From Escherichia coli (GTDB taxonomy: Bacteria; Pseudomonadota; Gammaproteobacteria; Enterobacterales; Enterobacteriaceae): 64,000 nt of DNA. The notes below the pieces were generated by a model that saw only the letters and a program-made list of their open reading frames with translations, made no database searches and had not been told where the DNA came from. Positions 20,457-30,160 of the stretch are shown in pieces (positions within the stretch are counted from its first letter, which is position 1; the number at the start of each line of letters is the position of its first letter). The DNA lies in the NCBI RefSeq assembly GCF_013315695.1, contig NZ_CP054353.1. One strand, written 5' to 3'. The position numbers and the translations under genes are program-made.

Positions 20457-21374
20457 ATGCCACTCTCAAAGGTCTGGGCAGGTTCACTGGTTTTGTTGGC
20501 AGCCGTGAGCCTGCCGCTGCACGCGGCTTCCCCAGTTAAAGTCGGTTCAAAAATCGATACCGAAGGCGCGCTGCTCGGCAATATCATTTTGCAGGTGCTG
20601 GAAAGCCACGGCGTACCAACGGTCAATAAAGTGCAACTTGGAACGACTCCTGTGGTGCGCGGGGCGATTACTTCCGGTGAACTGGATATCTATCCGGAAT
20701 ATACCGGCAATGGCGCGTTTTTCTTTAAAGATGAAAACGATGCGGCATGGAAAAATGCCGGGCAGGGCTACGAGAAAGTCAAAAAGCTCGATGCAGAGCA
20801 AAACAAGTTAATCTGGCTGACGCCCGCACCTGCGAATAACACCTGGACCATCGCCGTGCGTCAGGATGTGGCAGAGAAAAATAAACTCACTTCGCTTGCT
20901 GACCTGAGTCGTTACCTGAAAGAGGGCGGCACCTTCAAACTGGCTGCCTCAGCAGAGTTTATCGAACGCGCCGATGCGTTACCCGCGTTTGAAAAAGCCT
21001 ATGGCTTTAAGCTCGGTCAGGATCAGTTGCTGTCACTGGCTGGTGGCGATACGGCAGTGACGATCAAAGCCGCTGCTCAGCAAACCTCTGGCGTTAATGC
21101 CGCAATGGCTTACGGTACCGACGGTCCGGTCGCGGCGCTGGGGCTGCAAACCTTAAGCGATCCGCAAGGCGTGCAACCTATCTACGCACCTGCACCAGTG
21201 GTGCGTGAATCGGTGTTGAAGGAGTATCCGCAAATGGCACAGTGGCTACAGCCAGTCTTCGCCAGCCTCGATGCAAAAACATTGCAGCAACTGAATGCCA
21301 GCATTGCTGTGGAAGGACTGGATGCCAAAAAAGTGGCTGCCGACTACCTGAAACAAAAAGGGTGGACGAAGTAA
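20457..21374 (+). CDS. osmF: glycine betaine ABC transporter periplasmic binding protein OsmF (YehZ)
   Basis: 305-aa ORF with signal peptide (MPLSKVWAGSLVLLAAVSLPLHA). First gene of the yehZYXW operon order. Confidence 0.9.
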   Translation: MPLSKVWAGSLVLLAAVSLPLHAASPVKVGSKIDTEGALLGNIILQVLESHGVPTVNKVQLGTTPVVRGAITSGELDIYPEYTGNGAFFFKDENDAAWKNAGQGYEKVKKLDAEQNKLIWLTPAPANNTWTIAVRQDVAEKNKLTSLADLSRYLKEGGTFKLAASAEFIERADALPAFEKAYGFKLGQDQLLSLAGGDTAVTIKAAAQQTSGVNAAMAYGTDGPVAALGLQTLSDPQGVQPIYAPAPVVRESVLKEYPQMAQWLQPVFASLDAKTLQQLNASIAVEGLDAKKVAADYLKQKGWTK

Positions 21375-21380
21375 TTTCCC

Positions 21381-22538
21381 GTGACTTATCTACGTATTAA
21401 TCCTGTTCTGGCGCTGTTGCTGTTGCTGACGGCAATCGCAGCGGCGCTGCCGTTTATCAGTTACGCGCCTAATCGTTTAGTTTCGGGTGAGGGGCGTCAT
21501 CTCTGGCAGCTGTGGCCGCAAACGATCTGGATGCTGGTGGGCGTTGGTTGCGCCTGGATGACAGCCTGTTTTATTCCCGCTAAAAAAGGCAGCATTTTTG
21601 CACTCATTCTGGCGCAATTCGTCTTCGTATTGCTGGTGTGGGGAGCAGGAAAGGCGGCGACACAACTGGCACAAAATGGCAGTGCGCTGGCGCGTACCAG
21701 CCTCGGCAGTGGTTTCTGGCTGGCTGCGGCGCTGGCATTGCTGGCCTGTAGCGATGCCATCCGCCGAATCTCCACGCATCCGCTGTGGCGCTGGTTGTTG
21801 CATATGCAGATTGCCATTATTCCGCTGTGGTTGCTGTACTCCGGCACGCTTAACGATCTCTCGCTAATGAAAGAATACGCCAACCGTCAGGATGTGTTTG
21901 ACGACGCGCTGGCACAACATCTGACGTTGCTGTTTGGTGCGGTGCTGCCTGCGTTAGTGATTGGTGTGCCGTTGGGCGTCTGGTGCTACTTTTCCACTGC
22001 GCGGCAGGGGGCGATTTTTTCGCTACTCAATGTCATTCAGACCGTGCCTTCGGTGGCGCTCTTTGGCCTGTTGATTGCGCCGCTTGCCGCGCTGGTTACG
22101 GCCTTTCCGTGGCTGGGTAAGCTCGGCATAGCAGGAACCGGAATGACACCCGCACTGATTGCGCTGGTGCTCTATGCCTTGCTGCCGCTGGTGCGCGGCG
22201 TGGTAGTCGGCTTGAACCAGATCCCGCGCGATGTGCTGGAGAGCGCCAGAGCGATGGGCATGAGCGGGGCGCAGCGATTCCTGCATGTTCAGTTACCGCT
22301 GGCGTTACCGGTATTTCTGCGTAGCCTGCGGGTGGTGATGGTGCAAACCGTCGGCATGGCGGTGATTGCGGCGTTAATCGGCGCAGGCGGTTTTGGTGCG
22401 CTGGTTTTCCAGGGGCTGCTAAGCAGTGCCATTGATTTAGTGTTGCTGGGGGTGATCCCGGTAATTGTTCTGGCGGTGCTGATCGATGCGCTGTTCGATT
22501 TGCTTATCGCACTGCTGAAGGTGAAACGTAATGATTGA
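21381..22538 (+). CDS. yehY: ABC transporter permease YehY
   Basis: 385-aa polytopic ORF with binding-protein-dependent transport permease signature. Operon context. Confidence 0.9.
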   Translation: MTYLRINPVLALLLLLTAIAAALPFISYAPNRLVSGEGRHLWQLWPQTIWMLVGVGCAWMTACFIPAKKGSIFALILAQFVFVLLVWGAGKAATQLAQNGSALARTSLGSGFWLAAALALLACSDAIRRISTHPLWRWLLHMQIAIIPLWLLYSGTLNDLSLMKEYANRQDVFDDALAQHLTLLFGAVLPALVIGVPLGVWCYFSTARQGAIFSLLNVIQTVPSVALFGLLIAPLAALVTAFPWLGKLGIAGTGMTPALIALVLYALLPLVRGVVVGLNQIPRDVLESARAMGMSGAQRFLHVQLPLALPVFLRSLRVVMVQTVGMAVIAALIGAGGFGALVFQGLLSSAIDLVLLGVIPVIVLAVLIDALFDLLIALLKVKRND

Positions 22539-23457
22539 ATTTAGCCATGTCAGCAAACTGTTCGGCGCACAAAAAGCCGTTAACGATCTCAATCTCAATT
22601 TTCAGGAAGGGAGTTTTTCGGTGCTGATTGGCACTTCTGGCTCCGGCAAATCCACCACCCTGAAAATGATTAACCGCCTGGTGGAGCATGACAGCGGCGT
22701 GATCCGCTTTGCCGGAGAAGAAATTCGCTCGCTGCGAGTACTGGAGTTGCGCCGCCGGATGGGCTATGCCATTCAATCTATTGGCCTGTTTCCCCACTGG
22801 AGCGTGGCGCAAAATATTGCCACCGTGCCGCAATTACAAAAATGGTCACGGGCGCGGATCGACGATCGTATCGACGAATTAATGGCGCTACTGGGGCTGG
22901 AGCCAAATTTGCGTGAGCGTTATCCGCATCAGCTTTCCGGTGGTCAGCAGCAACGTGTGGGAGTGGCGCGCGCACTGGCTGCCGATCCGCAAGTCTTACT
23001 GATGGATGAACCTTTTGGCGCGCTGGACCCGGTAACGCGCGGCGCGTTGCAACAAGAGATGACGCGCATACACCGTTTGCTGGGGCGTACCATTGTGCTG
23101 GTCACTCATGATATTGATGAGGCGCTACGGCTGGCAGAACATCTGGTATTGATGGATCACGGTGAAGTGGTGCAGCAGGGCAATCCGCTGACGATGCTGA
23201 CTCGTCCGGCGAATGATTTTGTTCGCCAGTTTTTTGGACGTAGTGAACTGGGTGTGCGCCTGCTTTCGTTACGTAGTGTGGCGGATTACGTGCGTCGCGA
23301 AGAACGTGCAGAAGGTGAGGCACTGGCAGAAGAGATGACGCTACGCGATGCGCTCTCCCTGTTTGTCGCGCGGGGATGCGAGGTGCTGCCGGTGATGAAC
23401 ACGCAGGGCCAGCCTTGCGGCACGCTGCATTTTCAGGATCTGCTGGTGGAGGCGTAA
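22531..23457 (+). CDS. yehX: ABC transporter ATP-binding protein YehX
   Basis: 308 aa. Walker [10 protein letters not shown], signature LSGGQQQRV, Walker B LLMDEP. C-terminal CBS-like part. Confidence 0.9.
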   Translation: MIEFSHVSKLFGAQKAVNDLNLNFQEGSFSVLIGTSGSGKSTTLKMINRLVEHDSGVIRFAGEEIRSLRVLELRRRMGYAIQSIGLFPHWSVAQNIATVPQLQKWSRARIDDRIDELMALLGLEPNLRERYPHQLSGGQQQRVGVARALAADPQVLLMDEPFGALDPVTRGALQQEMTRIHRLLGRTIVLVTHDIDEALRLAEHLVLMDHGEVVQQGNPLTMLTRPANDFVRQFFGRSELGVRLLSLRSVADYVRREERAEGEALAEEMTLRDALSLFVARGCEVLPVMNTQGQPCGTLHFQDLLVEA

Positions 23458-23461
23458 ACGT

Positions 23462-24193
23462 ATGAAGATGTTGCGCGATCCGCTGTTCTGGCTCATTGCT
23501 CTGTTTGTGGCACTGATTTTCTGGCTGCCTTACAGCCAGCCGCTGTTTGCTGCCTTGTTCCCACAACTGCCACGCCCCGTTTATCAGCAAGAGAGTTTTG
23601 CAGCTCTGGCACTGGCTCATTTCTGGCTGGTGGGAATTTCGAGTTTGTTTGCGGTGATCATTGGTACTGGTGCCGGAATTGCTGTCACTCGCCCTTGGGG
23701 CGCGGAATTTCGTCCACTGGTGGAAACTATTGCCGCCGTTGGACAGACTTTTCCGCCCGTTGCAGTGCTGGCGATTGCCGTTCCGGTGATCGGCTTTGGC
23801 CTGCAACCGGCGATTATCGCCTTGATCCTTTACGGTGTGCTACCCGTCCTGCAGGCGACACTTGCCGGGCTGGGATCGATTGATGCCAGCGTGACCGAAG
23901 TTGCCAAAGGCATGGGAATGAGTCGTGGTCAGCGACTGCGTAAGGTCGAGCTACCGCTGGCGGCTCCGGTGATTCTGGCGGGCGTGCGAACTTCGGTGAT
24001 TATCAACATTGGTACGGCGACGATCGCCTCAACGGTAGGGGCCAGCACGCTGGGTACGCCCATCATCATCGGGCTTAGCGGATTTAATACCGCGTATGTG
24101 ATCCAGGGGGCGTTACTGGTGGCACTGGCGGCGATCATCGCAGACCGCCTGTTTGAAAGGCTGGTGCAGGCGTTCAGCCAGCACGCAAAATAA
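23462..24193 (+). CDS. yehW: ABC transporter permease YehW
   Basis: 243-aa polytopic ORF. Last gene of the operon. Confidence 0.9.
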
Positions 24194-24281
24194 AGGTATA
24201 ACCTGCGAGCATGACGCCACCAATTCCGCCTAACGCCATAAACAGGAACAGGGCGATGACTCCAATTTTAGCTATGCGCAT
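24174..24281 (-). CDS. yohO: small membrane protein YohO (35 aa)
   Basis: Below the ORF-track cutoff. Reverse complement reads [35 protein letters not shown], recognised as YohO. Its 3' end overlaps the yehW 3' end by 20 nt (convergent). Confidence 0.8.
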
Positions 24282-24340
24282 AATGCACTCCTTATGTTAA
24301 CGAAAGGATTGTACAGTAAAGCGCATTTGTTAACGAATCA

Positions 24341-25028
24341 TTAAATGCCGAGTGGGAAAATATCATGGCCTTGTTCCTGCCAACTGGTGAGTTGCTGCTG
24401 TTGGGCGGAGGTTCGATTTTCACCGCACCACACCAGCAATGTACGGCCTTCGAACAGTTCAGGGCGTAGTTGATTGAGCGAGTGGGCGAGGACATCAATG
24501 CGCCATCCTTGTTGACTGGCAATCCAGCCCTCCAGCCACAGACGGGTGGTATCCTGAATATTCCAGCCAACCACCAGCGCATCTTTACCCTGTTTTTTAC
24601 GTGCCGAAGCCAGACAAATGGCAATGTAGTTGATCAGTACGCCGTCGAGGATCGCCAGCAGCGCCTGGAGAGTCGGTTGTTGGCACTGAAGCCGTCGGCG
24701 CAGTGGAATGAACAGATGTGTGGTGAGTGTCTGGGCGGGGTAATCCTGACCGCGCTCTTTGATCCACGTTCGCAGGCTATGCAGATTGCCGCTTTGCAGG
24801 TAAGTCAGTAATGTTTCTTGCTGATCGCGCCAGCCGTTCTGCACATCAACATTTTCATTACTGAGCAGCATTTTTACTTTGCTGACCTGCACGCCATTGT
24901 CGATCCAGCGTTTGATCTCGCGGATCCGGTCAATATCGGCATCGTTGAACAGCCGATGACCGCCGTCTGTCCGTTGCGGTTTCAGCAATCCGTAACGCCT
25001 CTGCCACGCGCGTAACGTGACAGGGATT
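24341..25028 (-). pseudogene. mlrA: mlrA (yehV) MerR-family curli regulator, 5'-truncated by prophage integration
   Basis: The frame reads ...PVTLRAWQRRYGLLKPQRTDGGHRLFNDADIDRIREIKRWIDNG... to the native C-terminus ...GHDIFPLGI. The first ~17 codons (MALYTIGEVALLCDIN, most of HTH helix 1-2) are missing and replaced by phage DNA. The M of the 215-aa ORF in the track is a non-ATG artefact. Confidence 0.85.
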
Positions 25029-25062
25029 AAGGGTAAACTAACTGATTTTACAAGTTTTTATT
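25029..25062. other. approximate attL junction (bacterial/phage boundary)
   Basis: mlrA homology ends near 25028 and the integrase stop is at 25063. The core sequence cannot be defined without attR or attB. Confidence 0.4.
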
Positions 25063-26349
25063 TTACCCCACTTTCTTATGGGGCATACATGGGACACTTT
25101 CAGATAGTCTTTTGTTAAGGAGTTCTATCTGTTCGTGATTGTTGTCTTTCATCCATGCTCCGTAAACATTGAATACCATTTGTGCGTTTGTGTGGCCCAT
25201 CTGGCTTGCGATAAAACTAGGATTAGCTCCAGCGGCAAGTGACCAGCATGCATAAGTATGCCTGGATTGGTACGATTTTCTGTGTCTCAGACCTGCGTGT
25301 TTTAAGATACTTGTCCATGACTCCCTGATGGAGTCAACCTTATAGTGCGGTCCGGAAAACTGCCGCTGTTTTATTACCTGAGGACTAAAAACAAAAGTGC
25401 ATTTATGCACAGTACTTCTCCCATATTCCCTCTGCTTTACCTCTACAGAATGTTGCTTTCCAAGCATGGTCATTTCCGCCTGACTTTTAAGAGCATCAAT
25501 AGCTGGTTGAACCAGATGAATTGTCCTTCCGGTGCCAGCATCGGTTTTTGGTGGAGTGAATTCGCCAAGTTTTGTATAATTCCTACGGATGGTTATAGTC
25601 CTTGCTTTAAGATCTATATCTTCCCATGCCAGCGATACCAGCTCCCCGTGACGAATACCCGTGTATACAGCGAGAATCCACAGGTTTTTTGTTTGTTGAT
25701 GACGGCAAGCCTCAATAAAACGAATAAATTCGTCACGGGTGAGAGGATCTGGTTTTACCTTGGACTTTTTTAAGGGAGCCAGACCGTTAAATGGGTTTCC
25801 TGAGGTATAACCATTATCTGTTGCAAATTGAAACATTCCAGCTATGGTTGTCATATAGTAGTTTACCGTGACCACTGAGCGCCCTTTTATGGAAGAAGTC
25901 TTTCCATTAGAAAGTTTTTGGTAACCGGTCAACAAATCTCTCCTTACGAAAAGTAAATCCTCTTTTGTTATGGATGAAACCAGTTTTTTTTCACCTAACA
26001 TTGGTAACATGTTTTTAATTACTGACTGGTAACGGTTAAGTGCATTCGCACAAATCTCAATTTTCTTAAGGTCCAACCATTTTTCCGAAAGTGCCTTAAC
26101 GGTTATCTCTCTTTTTCCCAGACCAAAGTGTTTCAGGTTAGGGGAATTAGGGAACTGCGCGGAGTAGTCGAAACTCCCCATTCTGATTGCAAAACAAACG
26201 GAAGTGCGAAGTTCACCAGCGATCTTCCGGTTTTTGGCTGTGTCAGGAACACCGAGGTTTTCTCTGACACGTTTGCCATTATAGTGAAACCATATACGGA
26301 GTGATCCTCCATGGTTTTCAACGCCTGTCGGGTATGATGCGTTACTCAT
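25063..26349 (-). CDS. int: tyrosine integrase (428 aa)
   Basis: N-terminal arm-binding domain (SLRIWFHYNGKRVRE). C-terminal catalytic residues in ...YTGIRHGEL...HSRHTYACW...MGHTNAQMVFNVYG (R, H-x-x-R, Y). Adjacent to the attachment junction. Confidence 0.95.
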   Translation of the reverse strand: MSNASYPTGVENHGGSLRIWFHYNGKRVRENLGVPDTAKNRKIAGELRTSVCFAIRMGSFDYSAQFPNSPNLKHFGLGKREITVKALSEKWLDLKKIEICANALNRYQSVIKNMLPMLGEKKLVSSITKEDLLFVRRDLLTGYQKLSNGKTSSIKGRSVVTVNYYMTTIAGMFQFATDNGYTSGNPFNGLAPLKKSKVKPDPLTRDEFIRFIEACRHQQTKNLWILAVYTGIRHGELVSLAWEDIDLKARTITIRRNYTKLGEFTPPKTDAGTGRTIHLVQPAIDALKSQAEMTMLGKQHSVEVKQREYGRSTVHKCTFVFSPQVIKQRQFSGPHYKVDSIRESWTSILKHAGLRHRKSYQSRHTYACWSLAAGANPSFIASQMGHTNAQMVFNVYGAWMKDNNHEQIELLNKRLSESVPCMPHKKVG

Positions 26350-26382
26350 TAAACCTCCCAGACGTCCAGGAGCATTAACAGG

Positions 26383-26637
26383 TTAACCGGAACTTGCATT
26401 TTTGGCACCTGGTTGTTTCTGGTTTTCGATCCATCGCATAATTTCTTCGATGTTGTACAGGCATTCACTGTAGTGCCTCGGATCACCTTCTACAGCGTAA
26501 TGGCGGTATTCTTTTCCCTGCATCCATGACTTTCTTCTTGCCCGCTCAATGGTGCCAGGCTTTAGCCCTGTTGATGCAATGAGGACTCTCTCCGTACACC
26601 ATTTGCTGGGGGTTATCTGATAGATGATTGTCTGCAT
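26383..26637 (-). CDS. xis: putative excisionase / small DNA-binding protein (84 aa)
   Basis: Small basic ORF directly upstream of int in the same operon. Function assigned by position. No strong sequence recognition. Confidence 0.55.
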   Translation of the reverse strand: MQTIIYQITPSKWCTERVLIASTGLKPGTIERARRKSWMQGKEYRHYAVEGDPRHYSECLYNIEEIMRWIENQKQPGAKNASSG

Positions 26638-26655
26638 GCCAACCTCATAAAATTT

Positions 26656-26790
26656 TCATCCACGGCAGTGGCACCACACGTCAAACATTCGCTTCACAAC
26701 TTCACGACAGTAGAAGCCGTCAACATCTCGCGTCAGGTCATAGCGATTGCCGTAACGCTGGTGGACCCATCGTTCAAATGCTTTATTCAT
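26656..26790 (-). CDS. hypothetical small Cys-rich protein (44 aa)
   Basis: Below the cutoff. Reads MNKAFERWVHQRYGNRYDLTRDVDGFYCREVVKRMFDVWCHCRG*. Tightly packed between neighbours (3-nt gap to the upstream gene's stop). Confidence 0.45.
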   Translation of the reverse strand: MNKAFERWVHQRYGNRYDLTRDVDGFYCREVVKRMFDVWCHCRG

Positions 26791-26793
26791 TCT

Positions 26794-27036
26794 TTACTTC
26801 CTTTTTATGGCTCGTAATTTTTTCAGGTGCTTTTCCTGCTCAGTGTCCGCGAGAATTTTGCGGTACTCCTGGTGGTCAATATGTTCGAACAGGCAGTTTA
26901 ACTCACCAATGCGTACCCGCCCGGATCGTCCGTCCATCCGTCGAAAGAACACTGAGTGCTCAGTGATGCGAGTAATCACCACGGGGTATCCGGCTCTGTC
27001 CGTGTATATCTGACCGCGTTGAATCAAAGCGAACAT
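26794..27036 (-). CDS. DUF4222-like small phage protein
   Basis: ORF 26794-27072. Likely start MFALIQRGQIYTDRAGYPVVITRITEHSVFFRRMDG... The pattern resembles DUF4222 family members (from memory). Confidence 0.55.
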   Translation of the reverse strand: MFALIQRGQIYTDRAGYPVVITRITEHSVFFRRMDGRSGRVRIGELNCLFEHIDHQEYRKILADTEQEKHLKKLRAIKRK

Positions 27037-27120
27037 GTGGTTATCCCCATCGACAAATCGAGAACACAACAAACGCTGCTGCGAATACCACCCCCAGAGT
27101 TACGATTGCATCAGGCCAGC

Positions 27121-27639
27121 TCATTGATTCACCTCCTGCCTGTCGTCCGGCATTCGCTCACTACAGCTTATCCAACCATCCGGAGTTACCGGAGAGCTGG
27201 TTGACGCTTCCGGGATTTTCCGAAAATTATTGGTTGACGAATCTTTATTTTCCCGAAAGTTTCCGGACTGAAGCATGGCTTCGCGGCAATCGTTCCAGCC
27301 TGTAGCGTATGCAGCCGCTTTGCTGCTGCCTTCAACTGGCGCATCCTGCCAATACATTTCTTCCGGCACTACCGGCGCTGGAGGGGCGGCGTAAATGCCC
27401 TCTATCACTAAATGTTTGCGCTCAAAATCATCTGGCTCTCGATGATATACGTAACTCCAATCACCAAGGTTATCATTGCGCCTGCAACGGAAACCTATCG
27501 GCTCTGCTTCCAGCGATGCCAGAGCAATTCGTGCCAGTTCTTCCGCTTCTTCTGCTGGCAGTACAACGTTGCTACCCGGTCCGTATGTTTCGCGCCACTG
27601 CTTGATTGTCAGCAGTCGCTCTTTGGTAATAGTGATCAT
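27121..27639 (-). CDS. hypothetical early-left protein; C-terminus looks like a truncated DUF551 motif
   Basis: 172-aa ORF with an ATGA overlap to the upstream gene. Ends ...PDGWISCSERMPDDRQEVNQ*, the start of a DUF551-like W-I-S-x-x-x-x-P motif without the rest of the domain. Confidence 0.5.
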   Translation of the reverse strand: MITITKERLLTIKQWRETYGPGSNVVLPAEEAEELARIALASLEAEPIGFRCRRNDNLGDWSYVYHREPDDFERKHLVIEGIYAAPPAPVVPEEMYWQDAPVEGSSKAAAYATGWNDCREAMLQSGNFRENKDSSTNNFRKIPEASTSSPVTPDGWISCSERMPDDRQEVNQ

Positions 27640-28151
27640 GCCGCGTTTCCTTCTTTCTTATTAACAATTACACCGTCATATATTTCATTAAGGTGCCCTC
27701 TCAACTCCATGCGCCTTAATGCAGATAACATGTAATCGCATTCAACCTGCTTATTCCCGGTAAATGGCTTATCGTCAGGATTACCCCAACAGCAATTACC
27801 CCTGGGCCATCCATGTACTTTCCGTACTCTTCCGTTAACAACGTGAAGTAATCCCCAGCCGGGAGGTAAATCCTCAACTGAAATAATTTCCGGCTCACTA
27901 ATAAAGAATCGCCAGTCGCCCATGCCAAGTGAGGGATTTTTACGGAAACGCTTTTTTCTATCTGCCAACAAGTCAGCACGAGAACACTTCGCCTCTATCA
28001 GGCATGATGCTGAATTTCTGAATCCCATAGCATCTGGCTGTTCTCCGGTACTGGTTACAGCAACAAAGCGGTCATGAAAGCAAACCTTGAACCCGTTGCG
28101 CTTAAGGAACTTGTACGCAATCTGACAGAGTTCGTGGTGTGTTAACGCCAT
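27636..28151 (-). CDS. PD-(D/E)XK-fold nuclease-like protein (MmcB-like)
   Basis: 171 aa. The motif ...EQPDAMGF...CLIEAKCSRADL... fits D...E-x-K. Family name is from memory only. Confidence 0.55.
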   Translation of the reverse strand: MALTHHELCQIAYKFLKRNGFKVCFHDRFVAVTSTGEQPDAMGFRNSASCLIEAKCSRADLLADRKKRFRKNPSLGMGDWRFFISEPEIISVEDLPPGWGLLHVVNGRVRKVHGWPRGNCCWGNPDDKPFTGNKQVECDYMLSALRRMELRGHLNEIYDGVIVNKKEGNAA

Positions 28152-28152
28152 A

Positions 28153-28752
28153 TCACTCTCCTTTGATGCGAATGTCAGCGACGCGTAATGCGTGTTCTAG
28201 GTCAATCAGGTAAAGCCAACTGCCATTTTCTTTAGGTATCATGACTTGTCGCTCATCTGCATTTATGGGGTGTCCATATCGAAGGTCGTAGCGAGTCGGT
28301 AATTGAACTTCCCGCGCTTCCAGTTCAGCAATACGCTTGCACCCATCAGAGATAACTCCCTCATAATACTCGCGCTGCTCGTTGAGTTTTGATTTTGTCT
28401 CCTCAAGCTCAACGCGCAGCTTCCCTACCGTTAGCGCAATATCCTCGTTCTCCTGGTCGCGGCGTTTGATGTATTGCTGGTTTCTTTCCTGTTCATCCAG
28501 CAGTGCCAGCACGGTAGCCGGGTTAGCCTCTGCTATGAATTCAGCGTTTGCATAAGCCTGAGCATCTGTTTCAACCAGGCAGTTAACGTGACATTCTGCA
28601 ATTACGCCACCGGGTTCTCCTTTCCATTTTTGACAAACAAAAACTCCTGTTAAATTGCCGTGTTGGTTAACAGATGTATGCCCTACGATGTAGCTTCCTT
28701 TAGTTGCTTTCTCTGCCTTTTCACGCAGTACCTGATAGTTAATGTTGCTCAC
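28153..28752 (-). CDS. ead/Ea22-like protein with central coiled coil
   Basis: 199 aa. N-terminal part and heptad-rich centre (LLDEQERNQQYIKRRDQENEDIALTVGKLRVELEETKSKLNEQREYYE) resemble the Ea22-like family of lambdoid b-region/early-left genes. Confidence 0.5.
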   Translation of the reverse strand: MSNINYQVLREKAEKATKGSYIVGHTSVNQHGNLTGVFVCQKWKGEPGGVIAECHVNCLVETDAQAYANAEFIAEANPATVLALLDEQERNQQYIKRRDQENEDIALTVGKLRVELEETKSKLNEQREYYEGVISDGCKRIAELEAREVQLPTRYDLRYGHPINADERQVMIPKENGSWLYLIDLEHALRVADIRIKGE

Positions 28753-28988
28753 TGGTTGCCTCCTTTACGGATCTGCGCTGCGATGCACGAAAAAAAAGAC
28801 TTTCGCGTATGACTGTTAAGAGCTGGCGCGAACGCCGCGTTAAGAACGGCGGCATCACAGCCGTCATCGATATAGAGCGCAATTTTTTTCTCCAGGCGTG
28901 CTTTGGCTTCCTGCAACTGCATATCCCGGCACGCACGCGGGATATACTCAGCAATTTGAGCGATAGATTTTTCGTTCTGTTTAAACAT
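28749..28988 (-). CDS. hypothetical protein (79 aa)
   Basis: ORF with a 4-nt overlap to the downstream gene. Operon packing is the only evidence. Confidence 0.45.
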   Translation of the reverse strand: MFKQNEKSIAQIAEYIPRACRDMQLQEAKARLEKKIALYIDDGCDAAVLNAAFAPALNSHTRKSFFSCIAAQIRKGGNQ

Positions 28989-29184
28989 GCTTCACCTCGA
29001 TAGGCTTGATGGTATCGATCAGCAGTCGGCGGCGAGTATTTTCTGCAAAGTGGCGGCGTCCGGTTTCTTTGTGGTAAAACTCGTTTTTTCCGACGACCCA
29101 CATCCGCTTTGTCTGGTGCAGTTTTTTTACCTGCGGACCGTCTCGGGTGATAACAATTCCTGTATGAGTTTTTATCACGCTCAT
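28981..29184 (-). CDS. hypothetical basic protein (67 aa)
   Basis: ORF overlapping both neighbours by a few nt. Operon packing is the only evidence. Confidence 0.45.
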   Translation of the reverse strand: MSVIKTHTGIVITRDGPQVKKLHQTKRMWVVGKNEFYHKETGRRHFAENTRRRLLIDTIKPIEVKHV

Positions 29185-29543
29185 TTTTTATTCTTCGGTG
29201 CTTTCGGCATTACTGCCCAGTGAGTGATATTGACGTTTTCAAGGTCCCCGACCTGAAATGTCCACAGCCATTCTCCGGTTTCTTTTTGTCCCCAGGTGTA
29301 CCAGAGAGAACGCCAGCCAATTAGCCAGCCTTCTCCGTTAGCATCAAATAACAGAACACTTTCATTTGCTGGTGGCAGTTCAGCTGACACTGGTATTATT
29401 TTGTTTTCCAGTGCCGCACATTTAGCTTCAAGCGCGTCGAATTTACGTAACAGGTACTCAGCATTTGTTTCATTCACTTTCAGATCTCGCGGTACACATT
29501 TCCCGCGAAGAAACCCTTCCATTTCGAAAACATTCATGCGCAT
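29181..29543 (-). CDS. DUF551-domain protein (120 aa)
   Basis: C-terminal ...VLLFDANGEGWLIGWRSLWYTWGQKETGEWLW...ITHWAVMPKAP resembles the DUF551 pattern common in lambdoid early-left regions. Confidence 0.5.
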   Translation of the reverse strand: MRMNVFEMEGFLRGKCVPRDLKVNETNAEYLLRKFDALEAKCAALENKIIPVSAELPPANESVLLFDANGEGWLIGWRSLWYTWGQKETGEWLWTFQVGDLENVNITHWAVMPKAPKNKK

Positions 29544-30070
29544 TTGCGTAACTCCGATAAATCGTTAAAACGTTCCATAAACATCCCGTAGGCATGACCC
29601 GGTGCCAGTGGAATCACGTTGAACATCTCTGTTGCCGGGATGCCTTCCAGTACTGGCCAGAAAGAGCCATCATCAAGCCCGAGATCGCGGCGTTCGGTTG
29701 CCAGCATGATGAGATCGGCATATTTCACAGGCGTGCGCATAACCGGGGGTAACCCGTATTTCTCACGGATTACGGCGTCTATTTTTTCTTCCATCCGTTT
29801 ATAGTCAGGAAGAAGGCGTTTCAGTGGAGCGGGAATATCCTGGCAATACGCTTCTGTTGCATCATGCATTAACGCTTCAAAAGCAAATTCCTGCGGCACC
29901 AGCTGGCTGCAAAGCACCGCATGCTGGGCGACACTGTAGAAGTGTGAAAGATGTCCTGCAAAGCGACAGATATTTGAAAGGGAAACCGCGATATCGTTAA
30001 TCACGATGTCGTCTTTATTTATCTTGTCATAATAAAAATGCTTCCCGGAAAAAGTTTTAATAAATGACAT
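29534..30070 (-). CDS. HD-domain phosphohydrolase (YfbR-like 5'-deoxynucleotidase family)
   Basis: ORF 29534-30139. Likely start MSFIKTFSGKHFYY. Motifs RFAGH...SVAQHAV...ALMHDATEAY (H, HD, D). Confidence 0.7.
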   Translation of the reverse strand: MSFIKTFSGKHFYYDKINKDDIVINDIAVSLSNICRFAGHLSHFYSVAQHAVLCSQLVPQEFAFEALMHDATEAYCQDIPAPLKRLLPDYKRMEEKIDAVIREKYGLPPVMRTPVKYADLIMLATERRDLGLDDGSFWPVLEGIPATEMFNVIPLAPGHAYGMFMERFNDLSELRKCA

Positions 30071-30160
30071 TTCGTTCTCCACTTTATATGCGCTGCACCG
30101 CTCTGAATTTTGATTGCAGCAATCCAGCCCATTTGACATGGGATGATTGCTGCAATTTTT

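Noticed and set aside
23102-23806. 234-aa minus-strand ORF.
   Set aside because: It is antisense to yehX/yehW, with no start context and odd composition.
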